From assembly GCA_038217285.1 (NCBI GenBank), contig JBBQPO010000006.1:1-53823 (forward strand): DNA of 53,823 bases, read 5' to 3'. The notes beneath the pieces were generated by a model. That model made no database searches, was not told where the DNA came from, and worked only from the letters and a program-made list of their open reading frames with translations. The translations under genes were made by a program, and so were the position numbers. Position 1 is the first letter of the stretch, and each line of letters begins with the position of its first letter. Shown one piece after another: positions 28,729-39,038 of the stretch. This DNA is from Chthonomonadales bacterium (lineage in GTDB: Bacteria > Armatimonadota > Chthonomonadetes > Chthonomonadales > Chthonomonadaceae).

Positions 28729-31700
28729 ATGTCTATGTCAAACTCAGAACCTATTCGCCTGCTGTTTCTGCCCAATCGTATGGTGGGAAGTGAACGTGTT
28801 CACGCCCTACTGCGAGAGGCAGAAGGGTCTTCCATTTTGGTCGAACTCTGTCCGGACCTCGGCGTGGGGATCGATCTGTTGAAGAGAACGACGCCCGATG
28901 TTCTCCTGCTGGGCATCGCTGCGACCGATGTCGGTGCGCGGATGGCCCTGGAAACCGTTCCCGAGTTCTCCGCTGTGCTGCCAGTCGTGCTGATAACCGA
29001 CATCGACGACGATGCGCTTGCGCAGAACGGAATGCGGGCCGGAGCGCAGGACTTTCTGGTCACAGGCGATCTCAATGCAAACCGGCTCCTGCGTGCGGTT
29101 CGATTCGCGGTGGAACGTGGCCGCGTCCGGGAGGCGCTCCGCCGGAGTGAGGCGCATAAGGGCGCGATCCTCGATACAGCGCTCGACTGTATTATCAGGA
29201 TGAATCACCTGGGCCATATCATCGAATGGAATCTCGTTGCAGAACGCACGTTCGGGCACCGTCGGGCCGAGGTGATGGGGAGGGAACTGGCGGAGATCAT
29301 CATTCCGGAGAGACTGAGGGAGAGCCACCGGCGCGGGTTGGCGCACTATCTCGCGACGGGCGAGGGGCCAGTGATCGATACGCGGATCGAACTGCCTGCG
29401 CTGCGCGCGGACGGACTCGAATTCCCTGTCGAACTGACGATCACCTTCGTCCGGGTTCAGGGCGTACCGCTCTTCACCGGCTATCTGCGCGACATTACGG
29501 AGCGCAAACAGACCGAAGACGCGCTCCGGCGAAGCGAAGCACGTTATCATCGAATCGCTGCTAACGTTCCGGGTATGGTCTACCAGTTCGTCTTGCATCC
29601 GGATGGCTTGATCGCCTTTCCTTTTGCCAGCGATGGCTCCCGAGAACTTATTGGCATCGAACCGGCGGCAATCATCGCGAACCCGCTCCTCTTGATCGAC
29701 ATCATTCATCCCGAGGATCGCAAGACCTTCGAAAGTTCCGTCGCGGAGTCGGCACAGACGATGGAACCCTGGCAATGGGCCGGACGTTTCCTCCATCACC
29801 CGTCGGGCCTCTATCGGTGGATCGAAGGAGCGTCACGCCCTCAACGGGAGGCGAACGGAGATATCCTTTGGGACGGTCTGCTCATCGACATCACGCACCG
29901 CAAAGAGGCGGAATACGAACTGCTGGAAGCGAAGGAGAAGGCAGAGGCGGCGACCGTCGCCAAAAGCCAGTTCCTGGCAACGATGAGCCATGAGATCCGA
30001 ACGCCGATGAATGCGGTGATCGGGATGACGGGACTGATACTGGATACCGACCTGTCCCCTGAGCAGCGGGAGTACGCGCAGATCATCCAAGACAGTGGAG
30101 ACGCGCTGCTGACGATTATCAACGACATTCTCGACTACTCTAAAATTGAGGCCGGTCAACTGGAGCTCGAACACCAGCCCTTCGATCTGCGCGATGTCGT
30201 GGAGGCCTCTCTGGACCTGGTCGCCAACCGTGCGGCAGAGAAATCCCTGGAACTTGCGTATGTGCTGCAGCCGGATACGCCCGAGGCGGTGCGCGGTGAT
30301 GTCACCCGCCTTCGGCAGATCCTGGTCAATCTTCTCAGCAATGCCGTCAAGTTTACCGAACGTGGCGAAGTCATCCTTACCCTGCACAGTCAACCCCTGA
30401 CCACCGAACGCTGCGAGCTGCACTTTACAGTGCGCGATACGGGCATCGGCATCCCGGCGGACCGCATGGATCGCCTGTTCCACTCGTTCAGCCAGGTGGA
30501 CTCTTCGACGACGCGCCGCTACGGAGGAACCGGGCTAGGCCTTGTGATCTGCAAACGCCTCTGTGAGATTATGGGGGGCCGCATCTGGGTCGAGAGCGTC
30601 GCCGACCAGGGATCGACGTTTCACGTCGTTCTTCCTGTGGATATTGCGCCGCCGGTCCATGTCGCCCCGGAACCGGGCATGTTGCATCTGGAAGGGAGAC
30701 GTCTGCTGATCGTCGATGACAATCCTACCAATCGCCAGATCTTGACCCTGCAAGCACGAAGTTGGGGCATGATCTCCGAGGAGAGCGCCAGCGGAGAGGA
30801 GGCGCTGGAACAGTTGCAGCGGGGCGAGCGGTTCGACATCGCGATTCTCGATATTCAGATGCCCGATATGGACGGTATCGCGCTGGCACGGGAGATCCAC
30901 CAGCAGTGCGGACCGGACACCATGCCCTTGATCGGACTGAGCTCCGTGACGCGCCGGGCGGCCGAGTTCGAAGGCGCGGGATTCCGCACGATGTTGACCA
31001 AGCCGATCAAACAGGCCCATCTCTACAATGTGCTGGCCCAGGTTTTTTCGGCGCTTCCTCCGAACCCGCATGCCCATCTCGCGACTTCTCCCTTCGACGC
31101 GACGCTGGGACAGCGTCTGCCGTTGCGGATCTTGATGGCGGAGGATCTCGCCGTCAATCAAAAGTTGATGCAGATACTGCTAGGCAAGTTCGGTTATCGC
31201 GCGGATAGCGCTGCCAACGGCCTGGAAGTCTTGCAGGCGCTGGACCGGCAGGCGTACGACCTCATTCTGATGGATGTGCAGATGCCCGAAATGGACGGTC
31301 TGGAAGCGTCTCGCAGAATCCGTCGCGATCTGCCAGCGGAGCGCCAGCCCCGAATTGTCGCCCTCACGGCGAACGCGATGCGGGAAGATGAAGAGGCCTG
31401 TATGAGGGCTGGCATGGACGACTATATGGCCAAGCCAATTCATCCTGTCACCTTGCGCGGCGCTCTGACCCGATCCGGCGAATGGGCCCGCGATCGCCAC
31501 CCAGACCGGTCGCGGCAGGAAATGCCGACCTCGACTGCCACAGACGCCACTCCGCCGCCCGAGCCATCTCCGACCGTCGAGACGCCGTCAGCCATGTCCA
31601 TTATCGATCCGGTGATGCTGGCCGAGCTGCAGTCGATGCGCGATATTCTACCAGAACTGACCGCCATCTTTCAGTCGGAAGTACGTGAGCGCTTGGACGT

Positions 31701-31938
31701 GATGCACACGGCGGTCGAGCGTGGAGACGCTGTGCGCCTGGCAGAGGTGGCGCATGGTATCCGCGGCGCGGCCGGTACGATGGGTGGGAGCAGTCTGGCG
31801 GCGACCTGTGCCCGACTGGAGCAGATAGGCCGGACAGGTGCCGTGGAAGGAGCCGCCGCGCTCTTGCCGGAGGCGGAGGCTCTGTTCGAACAGCTTTGCC
31901 GGGCGCTCGAGAACGAACTGCGTGTGGGCGATGAGTGA
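28729..31938 (+). CDS. Hybrid sensor kinase (REC-like, PAS, PAS, HisKA, HATPase, REC, REC, HPt)
   Basis: FLATMSHEIRTPMN H-box, NAVKFT, DTGIG, GGTGLGL, two receiver domains, AHGIRGAA HPt motif. Confidence 0.95.
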   Translation: MSMSNSEPIRLLFLPNRMVGSERVHALLREAEGSSILVELCPDLGVGIDLLKRTTPDVLLLGIAATDVGARMALETVPEFSAVLPVVLITDIDDDALAQNGMRAGAQDFLVTGDLNANRLLRAVRFAVERGRVREALRRSEAHKGAILDTALDCIIRMNHLGHIIEWNLVAERTFGHRRAEVMGRELAEIIIPERLRESHRRGLAHYLATGEGPVIDTRIELPALRADGLEFPVELTITFVRVQGVPLFTGYLRDITERKQTEDALRRSEARYHRIAANVPGMVYQFVLHPDGLIAFPFASDGSRELIGIEPAAIIANPLLLIDIIHPEDRKTFESSVAESAQTMEPWQWAGRFLHHPSGLYRWIEGASRPQREANGDILWDGLLIDITHRKEAEYELLEAKEKAEAATVAKSQFLATMSHEIRTPMNAVIGMTGLILDTDLSPEQREYAQIIQDSGDALLTIINDILDYSKIEAGQLELEHQPFDLRDVVEASLDLVANRAAEKSLELAYVLQPDTPEAVRGDVTRLRQILVNLLSNAVKFTERGEVILTLHSQPLTTERCELHFTVRDTGIGIPADRMDRLFHSFSQVDSSTTRRYGGTGLGLVICKRLCEIMGGRIWVESVADQGSTFHVVLPVDIAPPVHVAPEPGMLHLEGRRLLIVDDNPTNRQILTLQARSWGMISEESASGEEALEQLQRGERFDIAILDIQMPDMDGIALAREIHQQCGPDTMPLIGLSSVTRRAAEFEGAGFRTMLTKPIKQAHLYNVLAQVFSALPPNPHAHLATSPFDATLGQRLPLRILMAEDLAVNQKLMQILLGKFGYRADSAANGLEVLQALDRQAYDLILMDVQMPEMDGLEASRRIRRDLPAERQPRIVALTANAMREDEEACMRAGMDDYMAKPIHPVTLRGALTRSGEWARDRHPDRSRQEMPTSTATDATPPPEPSPTVETPSAMSIIDPVMLAELQSMRDILPELTAIFQSEVRERLDVMHTAVERGDAVRLAEVAHGIRGAAGTMGGSSLAATCARLEQIGRTGAVEGAAALLPEAEALFEQLCRALENELRVGDE

Positions 31939-33121
31939 GCCGACGTCCGGGGCATCGGAATCCTCTCCATCGCGTTCTCCGGCGAAGGCCTTGCGGTCGG
32001 CGCCGTGCGAGGTGTTGATCGTCGACGACATGGCTACCATCCGGATGACTCTGGAACGCCATGTCCGGCAGCTCGGGCATCGGGTCACCCAGGCGGGCAA
32101 TGGCAAGGAGGCCCTGCGCCTGCTCCAGAGCCGACGCTTCGACCTGGTCCTTTTGGACGTGGTCATGCCGGAGATGGACGGCTATACGGTGCTAGACCAG
32201 ATCAAACTGGATCCGCAGCTTCGGGACATCCCCGTCGTCATGATTTCCGGGATCGACGACATGGAGAGTGTGGTGCGGTGCATCGATGCTGGCGCGGAAG
32301 ACTATCTGCCGAAGCCGTTTCAGGCGGCGCTGCTGCGCGCTCGGGTCCGGGCCTCCCTGGAGAAGAAGCAGTTGTGGGACGAACTGGACAACCGCTATAA
32401 GCAGTTGCAGACGTCGGAAAATCTGAGGGACAGCCTCACAAACATGATCGTTCACGACCTCCGCACTCCGCTAACCTCGCTGTTGCTCGGACTGCAGACA
32501 GTAGAGGTGACCGGTGACCTCAACCCTGTCCAGCAGGAGTGCCTTCGGTTGGGAGTGACCGGCGGTGAGGCGCTGCTGGGTATGGTCAACGACCTGCTCG
32601 ATATCAGTAAGCTGGAGGCGGGGCAGTTGACGCTCGACTATGGGGAGATCGATGTGGCCGCGCTGATCACGGACGCTATACAGCAGGTCGCCGCGTTAAT
32701 TCAGGACAAGGGTCTGACGGTCGAGCAGGACGTTCCCGCCCTTCTGCTGCCACTATCGGCGGACGAAGAGAAACTGCGAAGGGTGCTCATCAACCTGCTG
32801 GGCAACGCCATAAAATTCACGACCGACGGTGGGCGGATCACGCTCCGGGTGCGCGTCCCGTGCATCGGGGAGCCGCTCACTTTCGAGATCGAAGATGCCG
32901 GAGAAGGGATCCCGCCCGAAGCGTTCATTCGTATTTTCGAGAAGTTCGGTCAGGTCGGAACCCGTCTGGCTGGACGCACGACCTCGACCGGCCTCGGCCT
33001 CACCTTCTGCAAAATGGTCGTCGAAGCCCACGGCGGTCGGATCTGGGTGGAGAGCGAACCTGGTGAAGGCAGTACATTCCTGTTTACCATACCAGAGTCG
33101 TCGCCCTCCGCAACCTCCTAA
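31931..33121 (+). CDS. Hybrid REC-histidine kinase
   Basis: IVDD...LLDVVMPEMDG receiver; HDLRTPL; NAIKFT; STGLGL; overlaps the upstream stop. Confidence 0.93.
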   Translation: MSEPTSGASESSPSRSPAKALRSAPCEVLIVDDMATIRMTLERHVRQLGHRVTQAGNGKEALRLLQSRRFDLVLLDVVMPEMDGYTVLDQIKLDPQLRDIPVVMISGIDDMESVVRCIDAGAEDYLPKPFQAALLRARVRASLEKKQLWDELDNRYKQLQTSENLRDSLTNMIVHDLRTPLTSLLLGLQTVEVTGDLNPVQQECLRLGVTGGEALLGMVNDLLDISKLEAGQLTLDYGEIDVAALITDAIQQVAALIQDKGLTVEQDVPALLLPLSADEEKLRRVLINLLGNAIKFTTDGGRITLRVRVPCIGEPLTFEIEDAGEGIPPEAFIRIFEKFGQVGTRLAGRTTSTGLGLTFCKMVVEAHGGRIWVESEPGEGSTFLFTIPESSPSATS

Positions 33122-33279
33122 ACGGGTTTCACTCCGTTGTTTTCCAGCATTCGATCCTCGTTTCCGTTTTGTCGGAGGCAGGGCAGCGGAACAAACCGGA
33201 CTGCGGCGCAGTCTACTGCGTGACCCGGTGGCGAGCGCCGCTGGACAGGCACTCTGATCACCGTGCGAAGGAGAAAACG

Positions 33280-33675
33280 ATGAAATTGTCATCCGTAGGG
33301 TTGGGGGCGGCTCTGCTGGCGATAGGCGGACTGTCTGGCTGTTCCGGTGCGAACCGTGACCGGAGCGAAAATGTATCGGTCACGCAGATCGCCTACAAGG
33401 GGCAGGGGTTGGGCCACAAAATGAAGGAGGGGCTGCGAGACACTACGGATGCCGTCCATATTACGCCAAAAGTCAAGGCCGCGATCGTCGCGGACGGCCA
33501 GCTTAACGATAAGCGCAACCTGATCGACGTCGATACGAAGGACTATGTACTGCGGCTCAAGGGCCATGTTTACAGCAAGGCTATGAAGGCGCACGCCGGT
33601 AGCGTTGCCGCCCATAAACTCGCCAAAATGCACAAGGCCTACAAGGTGAGCAACGAACTCACCATCGGGAAGTAA
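33280..33675 (+). CDS. BON-domain lipoprotein
   Basis: LSGC lipobox; ITPKVKAAI...IDVDT..VLRLKGHV...VSNELTI. Confidence 0.8.
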   Translation: MKLSSVGLGAALLAIGGLSGCSGANRDRSENVSVTQIAYKGQGLGHKMKEGLRDTTDAVHITPKVKAAIVADGQLNDKRNLIDVDTKDYVLRLKGHVYSKAMKAHAGSVAAHKLAKMHKAYKVSNELTIGK

Positions 33676-33698
33676 CAGCGCGTTTCCAGGCCGCGACA

Positions 33699-33744
33699 TC
33701 CAAAAAGGCTGCGTTCCTAGTTCTAGGAACGCAGCCTTTTTGGA
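33699..33744. terminator. Bidirectional intrinsic terminator
   Basis: TCCAAAAAGGCTGCGTTCCTAG-TT-CTAGGAACGCAGCCTTTTTGGA. Confidence 0.85.
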
Positions 33745-33764
33745 ACGTGTCGGCATCCGGACTA

Positions 33765-33911
33765 CTACTCGGGGGCCTTACCGATCTTAAAGAGTTTTGT
33801 GCCGCAGACCGAACAGGTACCCGTCGTCGCTGGCTTGCCGTTCTTCATAGTCGTCGCCTGGGGGTCCTTCATCTCTTGCTTCTTTTTGCACTTCATGCAG
33901 TACGCTTCCAT
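33765..33911 (-). CDS. Small zinc-ribbon protein, DUF5679-like (48 aa)
   Basis: Hand translation MEAYCMKCKKKQEMKDPQATTMKNGKPATTGTCSVCGTKLFKIGKAPE; AAGGAGG RBS; missed by the ORF track. Confidence 0.85.
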   Translation of the reverse strand: MEAYCMKCKKKQEMKDPQATTMKNGKPATTGTCSVCGTKLFKIGKAPE

Positions 33912-34658
33912 ATCGAGCACCTCCTTGGGAATGAGTACATGCCCGTTCCGCGCCGACTAGTCGAATTCCTGCCGATTTATGCTCTTTCTGCCTTACTTTT
34001 ACGAAAGAACAGGGAAAATGTGTCTACTCCTCTGCGGAAGCATGCTTTTTGGCCTGCGGTGCGGCCTTGTTCTGCAGGAACGGCGCGCTGATTTCCGAAT
34101 CGATGCGGGTATGGAGGGCACACGTTATTTGGAACCCGAGGAGGTGACGGTAGTGTCCTGCTCCCGATCAGGTGTCCGCGCGACCCACCAGGCGAAAAGC
34201 GTATGCATAAGCCCGAATAAGAGATGGACACCGATGACGAGAGCAGCGGCTCCCGGATTGAGTCGGATAAAAAGCGGCTTGGAGGGATCTACATTAGGAG
34301 AAGACTGCATCAGTTCTAATTCCTGTTCTGGTCGTCGGTGTAAGTCGGAAGTACCTTAAACTATCCCTAGTATATCCTTGGGCAGCCGTCTATGACATCC
34401 GTATAATTACGTAGATGTGCCGCTAAAAACGCATACTTCCGGATGTTTGAACCCATACTCTCCAAAACAAAAAAAGCCTGGGACTTGCACCCTTGTAGGA
34501 GGACTGTTCGTGAGGGAGGAAGAATATAAGATTAAGACATGGACACGCGGGCAGTAAGCGTACTGCGTGAAGGGGAAGCCCATGACGGTTCGACAAAGAC
34601 CTTGTCGATCAGAGATTGGGACCGCGATGCGCGGGACAGATCCTCGAAAGGAGCGGAG

Positions 34659-35156
34659 ATGTCGCCACTAAAAATTGTTATCGCCGACGATCACGCAGCA
34701 ATCCGCACAAGCTTGCGCCTGCTGATGGATCGCGACCTCGACCTCGACGTGATCGCCGAGGCTGCCGACGGCCTGAAGGCCATCGAGGCCGTGCAGACCC
34801 TGCAGCCTGATCTGCTCATACTCGACATCACGATGCCGGAGAGGAACGGTCTGGAGGTGTTGCAGTATCTGCGCGATGAAAAGCATACACTCGCTATCAT
34901 CATTCTATCGAATCATCGCGAACAGATCTACATCGCAGCCGCATTGCGTTTGGGTGCCGATGCTTTCGTCGCCAAGTCGGCTGGTTTCGCCGCGTTATTA
35001 CAGGCGATCCGGATCGTTCGGCAACGGACGCCACTGTACCTCCCGGAGTACGTAACGAAAAACGCCGGGCAGGACTCTATCCAAGGAGGGAGCCTGGAGG
35101 CGGAGATCATGGCCGATTTTCGGCAGACTCGGCGCGAATGGGCCGAAGCCAGTTGA
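34659..35156 (+). CDS. NarL-type receiver domain protein without recognisable HTH
   Basis: IADDH, LDITMPERNG, ILSNH, FVAK; AAGGAG RBS. Confidence 0.85.
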   Translation: MSPLKIVIADDHAAIRTSLRLLMDRDLDLDVIAEAADGLKAIEAVQTLQPDLLILDITMPERNGLEVLQYLRDEKHTLAIIILSNHREQIYIAAALRLGADAFVAKSAGFAALLQAIRIVRQRTPLYLPEYVTKNAGQDSIQGGSLEAEIMADFRQTRREWAEAS

Positions 35157-35170
35157 AGCCGGAATGCAGA

Positions 35171-35250
35171 CAGCCAGGGAGCAGATCGATCTGCTCCCTG
35201 GCTGCAGTTGTCGTTACCAGTCGGAGCGGGATAGTCTATCCCGCTCCGCT
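35171..35250. terminator. Two hairpins between convergent genes
   Basis: CAGCCAGGGAGCAGAT-CG-ATCTGCTCCCTGGCTG and GGAGCGGGATAG-T-CTATCCCGCTCC. Confidence 0.6.
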
Positions 35251-35269
35251 TAACGTTGCCTCTTGAACG

Positions 35270-35572
35270 TTACTTTTTGTCGGACTGGATCGCCAACTTC
35301 AGTTCCGCGATCGCCCTGGAGGTGAGGTCCATCGCCGTCTCACGATGCCCGGCGAAGTCGTGCTGGGCGCTCTGAAGGGTGCGCAGTGCGGCTTCGAGTT
35401 CGCGCCCCGCTTTGCGCAGTTCGGGATGGCGCTCCTGGTGGCCGCGTCCCTTGCCCGGATGTCCACCGGGAGGAGGCGGGGCAGGCGTCGTGCCCTGGGC
35501 GAGTACGCCAAAGGCGGAGGTGGAAGCGATCAGGGCGATGAGCCCGGTAGTAGCGAAGATTCGGTTTTTCAT
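35270..35572 (-). CDS. Small secreted helical protein (HDFxGHR motif)
   Basis: Signal peptide; ERHPE...L..A.HDFAGHR..A....AI.EL; AAGGAG RBS. Confidence 0.75.
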   Translation of the reverse strand: MKNRIFATTGLIALIASTSAFGVLAQGTTPAPPPPGGHPGKGRGHQERHPELRKAGRELEAALRTLQSAQHDFAGHRETAMDLTSRAIAELKLAIQSDKK

Positions 35573-35852
35573 GGCAGCAGCTCCTTTGTGCTTTTGCTTT
35601 TCATCGGTTCGAGAGGGCAGCGACTCTGTTGTGTTCGGCATCGTATTTTGTTTGTTTGCCGTATCGCCGTCTCTGGTGGGATAGACGCGGCCTCTATGGC
35701 AGAGTTCACTTTTTACCCTGTGAAGATGCTCATGTAAAATGTGTGACCGCATGCACACTGCCGACAGGAGGGAGGTATCTGCCTCTTTCGACGTGCCCCA
35801 GGTCATCAACGGGGTTGCTCGCCTCCCGCCCTTTCAGAAGGAGTCTTAAGGT

Positions 35853-37622
35853 ATGGTTCGCTCTGCTCTCCTCCAGCTCGTTGCGGTGGCTGCCACCACG
35901 CTCCTCGCCTGCCAGATGGGAGGAAACACCCCCCCCGCTGCCGGGGCGCTGCCTGGTTTCCACGCCAGCCCCTGGTTTGGAGAGCAGGTGGCGGAAGAGA
36001 CGACGCCGACCGGAGTCCGGATGCTCTACAATGCGCCACCACCGCAACAGTTCGATCCGGCGCGACCGACGCGCCTCGTCTTCTTCGCGACGCCCAACGG
36101 CAATACCATCGAGCAGACGATGGGTTCGGCGCTCATTGCGGGGACGGACTGGCATTTCGACATTCAACATATTGCCGCGCAGTGCCGACGCCTGCGCGAA
36201 CTGGACGCTCGTGAGAACCTGGTGCTGGTCTGTGTGGAGGCGACCGGTCGGAGCTGGCCAGCGTGGCGGCAGAAACATCCCGACAACGCCGCGCTGATAC
36301 GCAACCTGGTGGATTCGGCGCGAAAACGAATTCCCGGCGTCCCCGTTCGCGTTACTCTGGCCGGGCACAGCGGAGGCGGAAGCTTCCTCGTCGGCTTTCT
36401 GAACGGGGGCGAAGCGATTCCGGACTATGTCGAACGCATCGCATTTCTGGATGCGAACTATGCCTATTCGGACGAGGATCGTCACGGAGCAAAACTGCAG
36501 ACCTGGCTGGGGGCCGCGCCGGGCCATCGCCTCGTCGTGGTCGCCTACGACGACCGGAATATCCAAATCGACGGCAAACCGGTGGTAGAGCCGGACGGCG
36601 GCACCTTCCGCGCGTCGCACCGTATGTTGGCGGCTTTCGGCAAGCAGGCGCCGTTTGCTCACACCAAACAGGGTGCGTTCGACCGGTATGAGAGCCAGGA
36701 CGCCCGCAGTCTCTTCCTGATCCACACCAATCCCACCAATAAGATCCTGCATACGGCGCTCGTCGGCGAAATGAACGGCCTCCTGATGGCGCTGACCTAC
36801 GGGACGCCGGAAGAGAAGGGGTGGGGCGTCTTCGGTGGGCCAAGAGCCTACTCCAGGTGGGTGCAGCCTGCGGCAGAGCCAACCCTGCCGATCTCAGGGC
36901 CATCCAGCGCGATTCCTACGCGTTCGAAAGACTCTGCGGGCGGGCAGGCGGTCATGGGCCGCGTTGCCGATCTGGCCGTCGCCGAGCGTGAGACGATCCT
37001 ACTGAAGGAGATCGAGGACGGCAACCTGCCTGAATTCCTGCGCGCCTTTAAATCGGTCCGCGTCGAAGCTGTCGATAGCGCAGGCGTCACGCACAGCGCG
37101 GCGTTCGACGTCATGCCCGACTATCTGGCTGTGGGAAACGACAACGATTTCGTTCGGACGCCGCTGACCCCAATGACCGCCCTCGTGATCGCCACGCGAT
37201 TCGGCTGTGCGCTGCCCACCCGCAAGATGGTCGATGCCATCTATGTGCAGGCGGAAGTCAAGCTGGAACCGCGCCCGATGACCGAAAGCCGGGAAGCTGT
37301 GAAGACATTTCTCGAGCATAACGCGATCCTCGAAACGCAACGCTCCGGGAAACCGCTGGGCCTGCTGGTCGCCGGTATCAAGAAGGATGTCGTCCAGTCG
37401 GTTCGCCTGCTGGAAAAGCCGAATCGCGTGGCCATTTACGGCTGGCACAAGCTCGATGGCAGCCCGATCCAACCGCTCACCATCGTCCACCGTGACACGT
37501 ATGTCGATTATAGTCATGGCATCCGTCTGGTAAGACAGACCCTTCATGTCGATGGCAAACCCACCACGCTTGCCGCCGTTCTCGCCGATCCAAAACTCAA
37601 AATTCTGCTCACCGACGAGTAG
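35853..37622 (+). CDS. Secreted two-domain hypothetical protein (alpha/beta-hydrolase-like plus unknown C-terminal domain)
   Basis: Signal/lipobox LLAC; GHSGGG nucleophile-elbow motif, FLDANY; C-terminal AIYGWH..IQP..H..YVDYSHGIRLV. Confidence 0.7.
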   Translation: MVRSALLQLVAVAATTLLACQMGGNTPPAAGALPGFHASPWFGEQVAEETTPTGVRMLYNAPPPQQFDPARPTRLVFFATPNGNTIEQTMGSALIAGTDWHFDIQHIAAQCRRLRELDARENLVLVCVEATGRSWPAWRQKHPDNAALIRNLVDSARKRIPGVPVRVTLAGHSGGGSFLVGFLNGGEAIPDYVERIAFLDANYAYSDEDRHGAKLQTWLGAAPGHRLVVVAYDDRNIQIDGKPVVEPDGGTFRASHRMLAAFGKQAPFAHTKQGAFDRYESQDARSLFLIHTNPTNKILHTALVGEMNGLLMALTYGTPEEKGWGVFGGPRAYSRWVQPAAEPTLPISGPSSAIPTRSKDSAGGQAVMGRVADLAVAERETILLKEIEDGNLPEFLRAFKSVRVEAVDSAGVTHSAAFDVMPDYLAVGNDNDFVRTPLTPMTALVIATRFGCALPTRKMVDAIYVQAEVKLEPRPMTESREAVKTFLEHNAILETQRSGKPLGLLVAGIKKDVVQSVRLLEKPNRVAIYGWHKLDGSPIQPLTIVHRDTYVDYSHGIRLVRQTLHVDGKPTTLAAVLADPKLKILLTDE

Positions 37623-37658
37623 AGAGGGCAAGCAGCGCGAACAATAGCGCATGAATCT

Positions 37659-37687
37659 CGGCTCCGAAGAGTCTCTCTTCGGAGCCG
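37659..37687. terminator. Hairpin between convergent genes
   Basis: CGGCTCCGAAGAG-TCT-CTCTTCGGAGCCG. Confidence 0.65.
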
Positions 37688-37761
37688 TGATGGCCGTTTG
37701 ACGCGAGTATCCGGGCTCTGTTTCGTGCTCGCCTGCCGTGTGGCTGCGAGAGAGTTGGTGC

Positions 37762-38928
37762 CTATGGTTTGGCGTTGTGGCCGGTGACAGAGCGGATGTA
37801 AGCGACCTCTTCCGGACGATAGGCCGCGCCGTCCGGCCGGAAAATGTCGTGGAACCAGACTGGTGGCTCGCCGGTATACGCCTTCTGCCAGGAGTCCCAG
37901 GGATAGATCGTCTGCGTCTTACCGGAGACGAAGCCCCAGTTGTACGCCGCCACCCCCTGCGATTTCATATAACCGAGGTTCGGATCGAACGGACTACCGT
38001 TCGGGCGGGCCATGTATTCGGTGCAGAGGATGGGCCGATGAAAGCGGCGCAGTTGTTCGATGTGCTTCTGCAGGTCCGCGACCGGGCCGTAGTTATGGAA
38101 GCTGATGACATCGGAGTTGTCCAGCGAAAACTTCTGCATGGGAGTGAGCTTCTGCGGATCGTCCCAATCCCCGAACCAGACGCAGACCGTCAGGGGCTGC
38201 GACGGCCCGACCTCCCGCGACCACGCCGTGACTTTCTCCAACAGAGCCAGCACATGGGCCGGCTTGTCCGCCATCTCTACTTTGCCGTAAGAGTTGTTGT
38301 TCGTATTGTCGGCCTCGTTGAAGAGATCCCAGGCGTGAACGCGGTGATCGTTTCGGAACTGTCGCAGTACGCCGACGACATACGGTTTCAGGCTGTCGTA
38401 GCGGGCCGGGTCTTTGAGGATCTCCTGTCCAGGCGCCTGCACCCACCCGGAGTTGTGGACGAAAGGCCGGGGCTCGTGCTGTTTGCCCAGTTTCGGGAAC
38501 GGATCCCAGCAACTGTCGAACAGTACGAACATGACTCCAATGTGGTGTTTGTCGGCTACTCCGAGGAACGTGTCCATCCGCTTCAGAAACCCTTTGGAGT
38601 CCTGGTCCCAGAGTTGATTGTGCAGAAAAACGCGAATCGAATTGAATCCGAGCGACTCGGCCCATCCGAGTTCACGATCAATGGCGGCCACATCAAAAGT
38701 GTCCGCCTGCCACATCTCCAGTTCGTTGATCGCGTAGGACGGTGAGAAATTGCATCCCACCAGCCAGCCATGTTTCTGCTGCCACCGCTCCGCCTTCGCG
38801 AGGGGCCAAAGACCGGGCGTTTCAGCAGCCTCCGACGGAGTGGAGGCTAACGTGAAACAGACCAGAAGGACGATGGCTGCGAGCAGTCCGACGGTCGGGC
38901 GGGCGAGCGCCTGGGGTAAGATCGACAT
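37762..38928 (-). CDS. Secreted GH5-like (clan GH-A) glycoside hydrolase
   Basis: GFNSIRVFLH, WDLFNE acid/base, SFHNY, CTEY nucleophile, NWGFVSGKTQT. Confidence 0.85.
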   Translation of the reverse strand: MSILPQALARPTVGLLAAIVLLVCFTLASTPSEAAETPGLWPLAKAERWQQKHGWLVGCNFSPSYAINELEMWQADTFDVAAIDRELGWAESLGFNSIRVFLHNQLWDQDSKGFLKRMDTFLGVADKHHIGVMFVLFDSCWDPFPKLGKQHEPRPFVHNSGWVQAPGQEILKDPARYDSLKPYVVGVLRQFRNDHRVHAWDLFNEADNTNNNSYGKVEMADKPAHVLALLEKVTAWSREVGPSQPLTVCVWFGDWDDPQKLTPMQKFSLDNSDVISFHNYGPVADLQKHIEQLRRFHRPILCTEYMARPNGSPFDPNLGYMKSQGVAAYNWGFVSGKTQTIYPWDSWQKAYTGEPPVWFHDIFRPDGAAYRPEEVAYIRSVTGHNAKP

Positions 38929-39038
38929 AGATCGTTTCTCCTTGCAAATCGACGATTCAAATTTGATTGGCGCCACGGATTCCTCATGGCCCATCGCAAA
39001 CTGTCCCGGCGCGAACGGAACGCCCTGCTACGGACGTT

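Noticed and set aside
33912-34658. Short ORFs (33979, 34125) in the long divergent intergenic region
   Set aside because: No convincing RBS, codon bias or motifs.
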